DNA from: Vicugna vicugna
Lineage: Eukaryota
DNA: 64,000 nt
Direction of reading: 5' to 3'
Assembly (NCBI GenBank): GCA_013265495.1
Contig: MU057984.1
Location: forward strand, 62,001 to 126,000
Below are positions 63,010 through 64,000 of the stretch, one piece after another. The notes below the pieces were generated by a model. That model saw only the letters and a list, made by a program, of their open reading frames with translations. It did no database searches and was not told where the DNA came from. Positions within the stretch are counted from its first letter, which is position 1. Each line of letters starts with the position of its first letter. The translations under genes and the position numbers were made by a program.

Positions 63010-64000
63010 TTGAGTTTTCATTTTTTCCAGATATACATCCAGGAGTGGGACTGTTGGATCATATGGTACCTCTATTTTTAGTTTTCTTAAGGAACTTCCA
63101 TACTATTTTCCATAGTGGCTGCACCAATTTACATTTCCATCAATAATGTAGGAGGGTTTCCTTTTCTCCACACCCTCTCCAGCATGTATTATTTGTAGAC
63201 TTTTTGATGATAGCCATTCTATCAGGTGTGAGGTGATATCTCATTGTGGCTTTGGTTTGCATTTCTCTAATAATTAGCAAAGTTGAGCATCTTTTCATGT
63301 GTCTGCTGGCCAGATGGATGTCTTCTTTGGAAAAATGTCTATTTAGGTCTTCTTTCCATTTTTTGACTGGGTTTTTTTTTTTCTTTTGATTTTGAATTGT
63401 ATGAGCTGTTTGTTTATTTTGGATATTAAGCCCTTGTCAGTCTCATCATTTGCAAATATTTTCTCCCATTCTGTAGGTTGTCTTTTCATTTTATTGATGG
63501 TTTCCTTTGCTGTGCAAAAGCTTTTAAGTTTGATTAGGTTCCATTTGTTTATTTTTGCTTTTATTTCTTTTGCCTTGGGAGAGTGACCTAAGAAAACATT
63601 GCTACCATTTATGTCAGAGAATGTTTTGCCTATGTTCTCTCCTAGGAGTTTTATGGTGTCATGTCTTGTATCTAGGTCTTTAAACCATTTTGAGTTTATT
63701 TTTGTATATGGTGTGAGAGAGTTTTCCCAACACCACTTACTGAAGAAACTATCTTCTCTCCATTGTATATTCTTGCCTCCTTTATTGTAGGTTAATTGAC
63801 TGTAGGTGTGTGGGTTTATTTCTGGGCTCTCCATTCTATTCCATTGATCTGTGTGTCTGTTTTTGTGCCAACACCACACTGTTTTCATTACTGTAGCTTT
63901 GTAGTATAGTCTGAAGTCTGGAAGGGTTATATATCTCCAGCTTTGTTCTTTTTCCCTAGGATTTCTTTGGTAATCCTGGGCCTTTTGTTGTTTCATTTAC
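63010..64000 (-). mobile_element. Young L1 ORF2 C-terminal segment, running off the window
   Basis: ORF 63343-63996 ([32 protein letters not shown]...[28 protein letters not shown]). Confidence 0.95.

Noticed and set aside
1..64000. Prokaryotic-type systems (CRISPR array, operons, defence islands)
   Set aside because: The sequence is mammalian; I saw no regularly spaced repeats or dense coding regions.

Overview
AT-rich, repeat-dense mammalian genomic DNA, most likely camelid: it has a Vic-1-type tRNA-derived SINE and camelid/cetartiodactyl-type L1 3' ends, and I saw no Alu, Bov-A/BovB, PRE-1 or Can-SINE. I can recognise no intact host protein-coding gene. The recognisable ORF-track entries are L1 ORF1/ORF2 fragments, and the rest look like chance ORFs. 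Roughly half the window is L1, L2/MIR, MaLR/ERVL/ERV1 LTRs and MER5/hAT fossils, often nested. It also has an orphan CpG island (~10.8-11.5 kb), a CpG-retaining ancient L2 (~27.7-28.3 kb) and several splice-site-bounded candidate non-coding exons. The top lead is a pair of non-repeat blocks (23.93-22.25 kb and 17.24-16.25 kb, minus strand) on either side of a 5-kb L1 block. They translate, with stops and frameshifts, into a co-linear series of weak matches to bornavirus L polymerase, suggesting a very old endogenous bornavirus-like L element (EBLL). That comparison was made by eye against a remembered BoDV-1 L sequence, and no single motif is significant alone, so it needs tBLASTn/HMM confirmation. 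Repeat subfamily names are recognition-level calls and boundaries are approximate unless a target-site duplication (TSD) is given.
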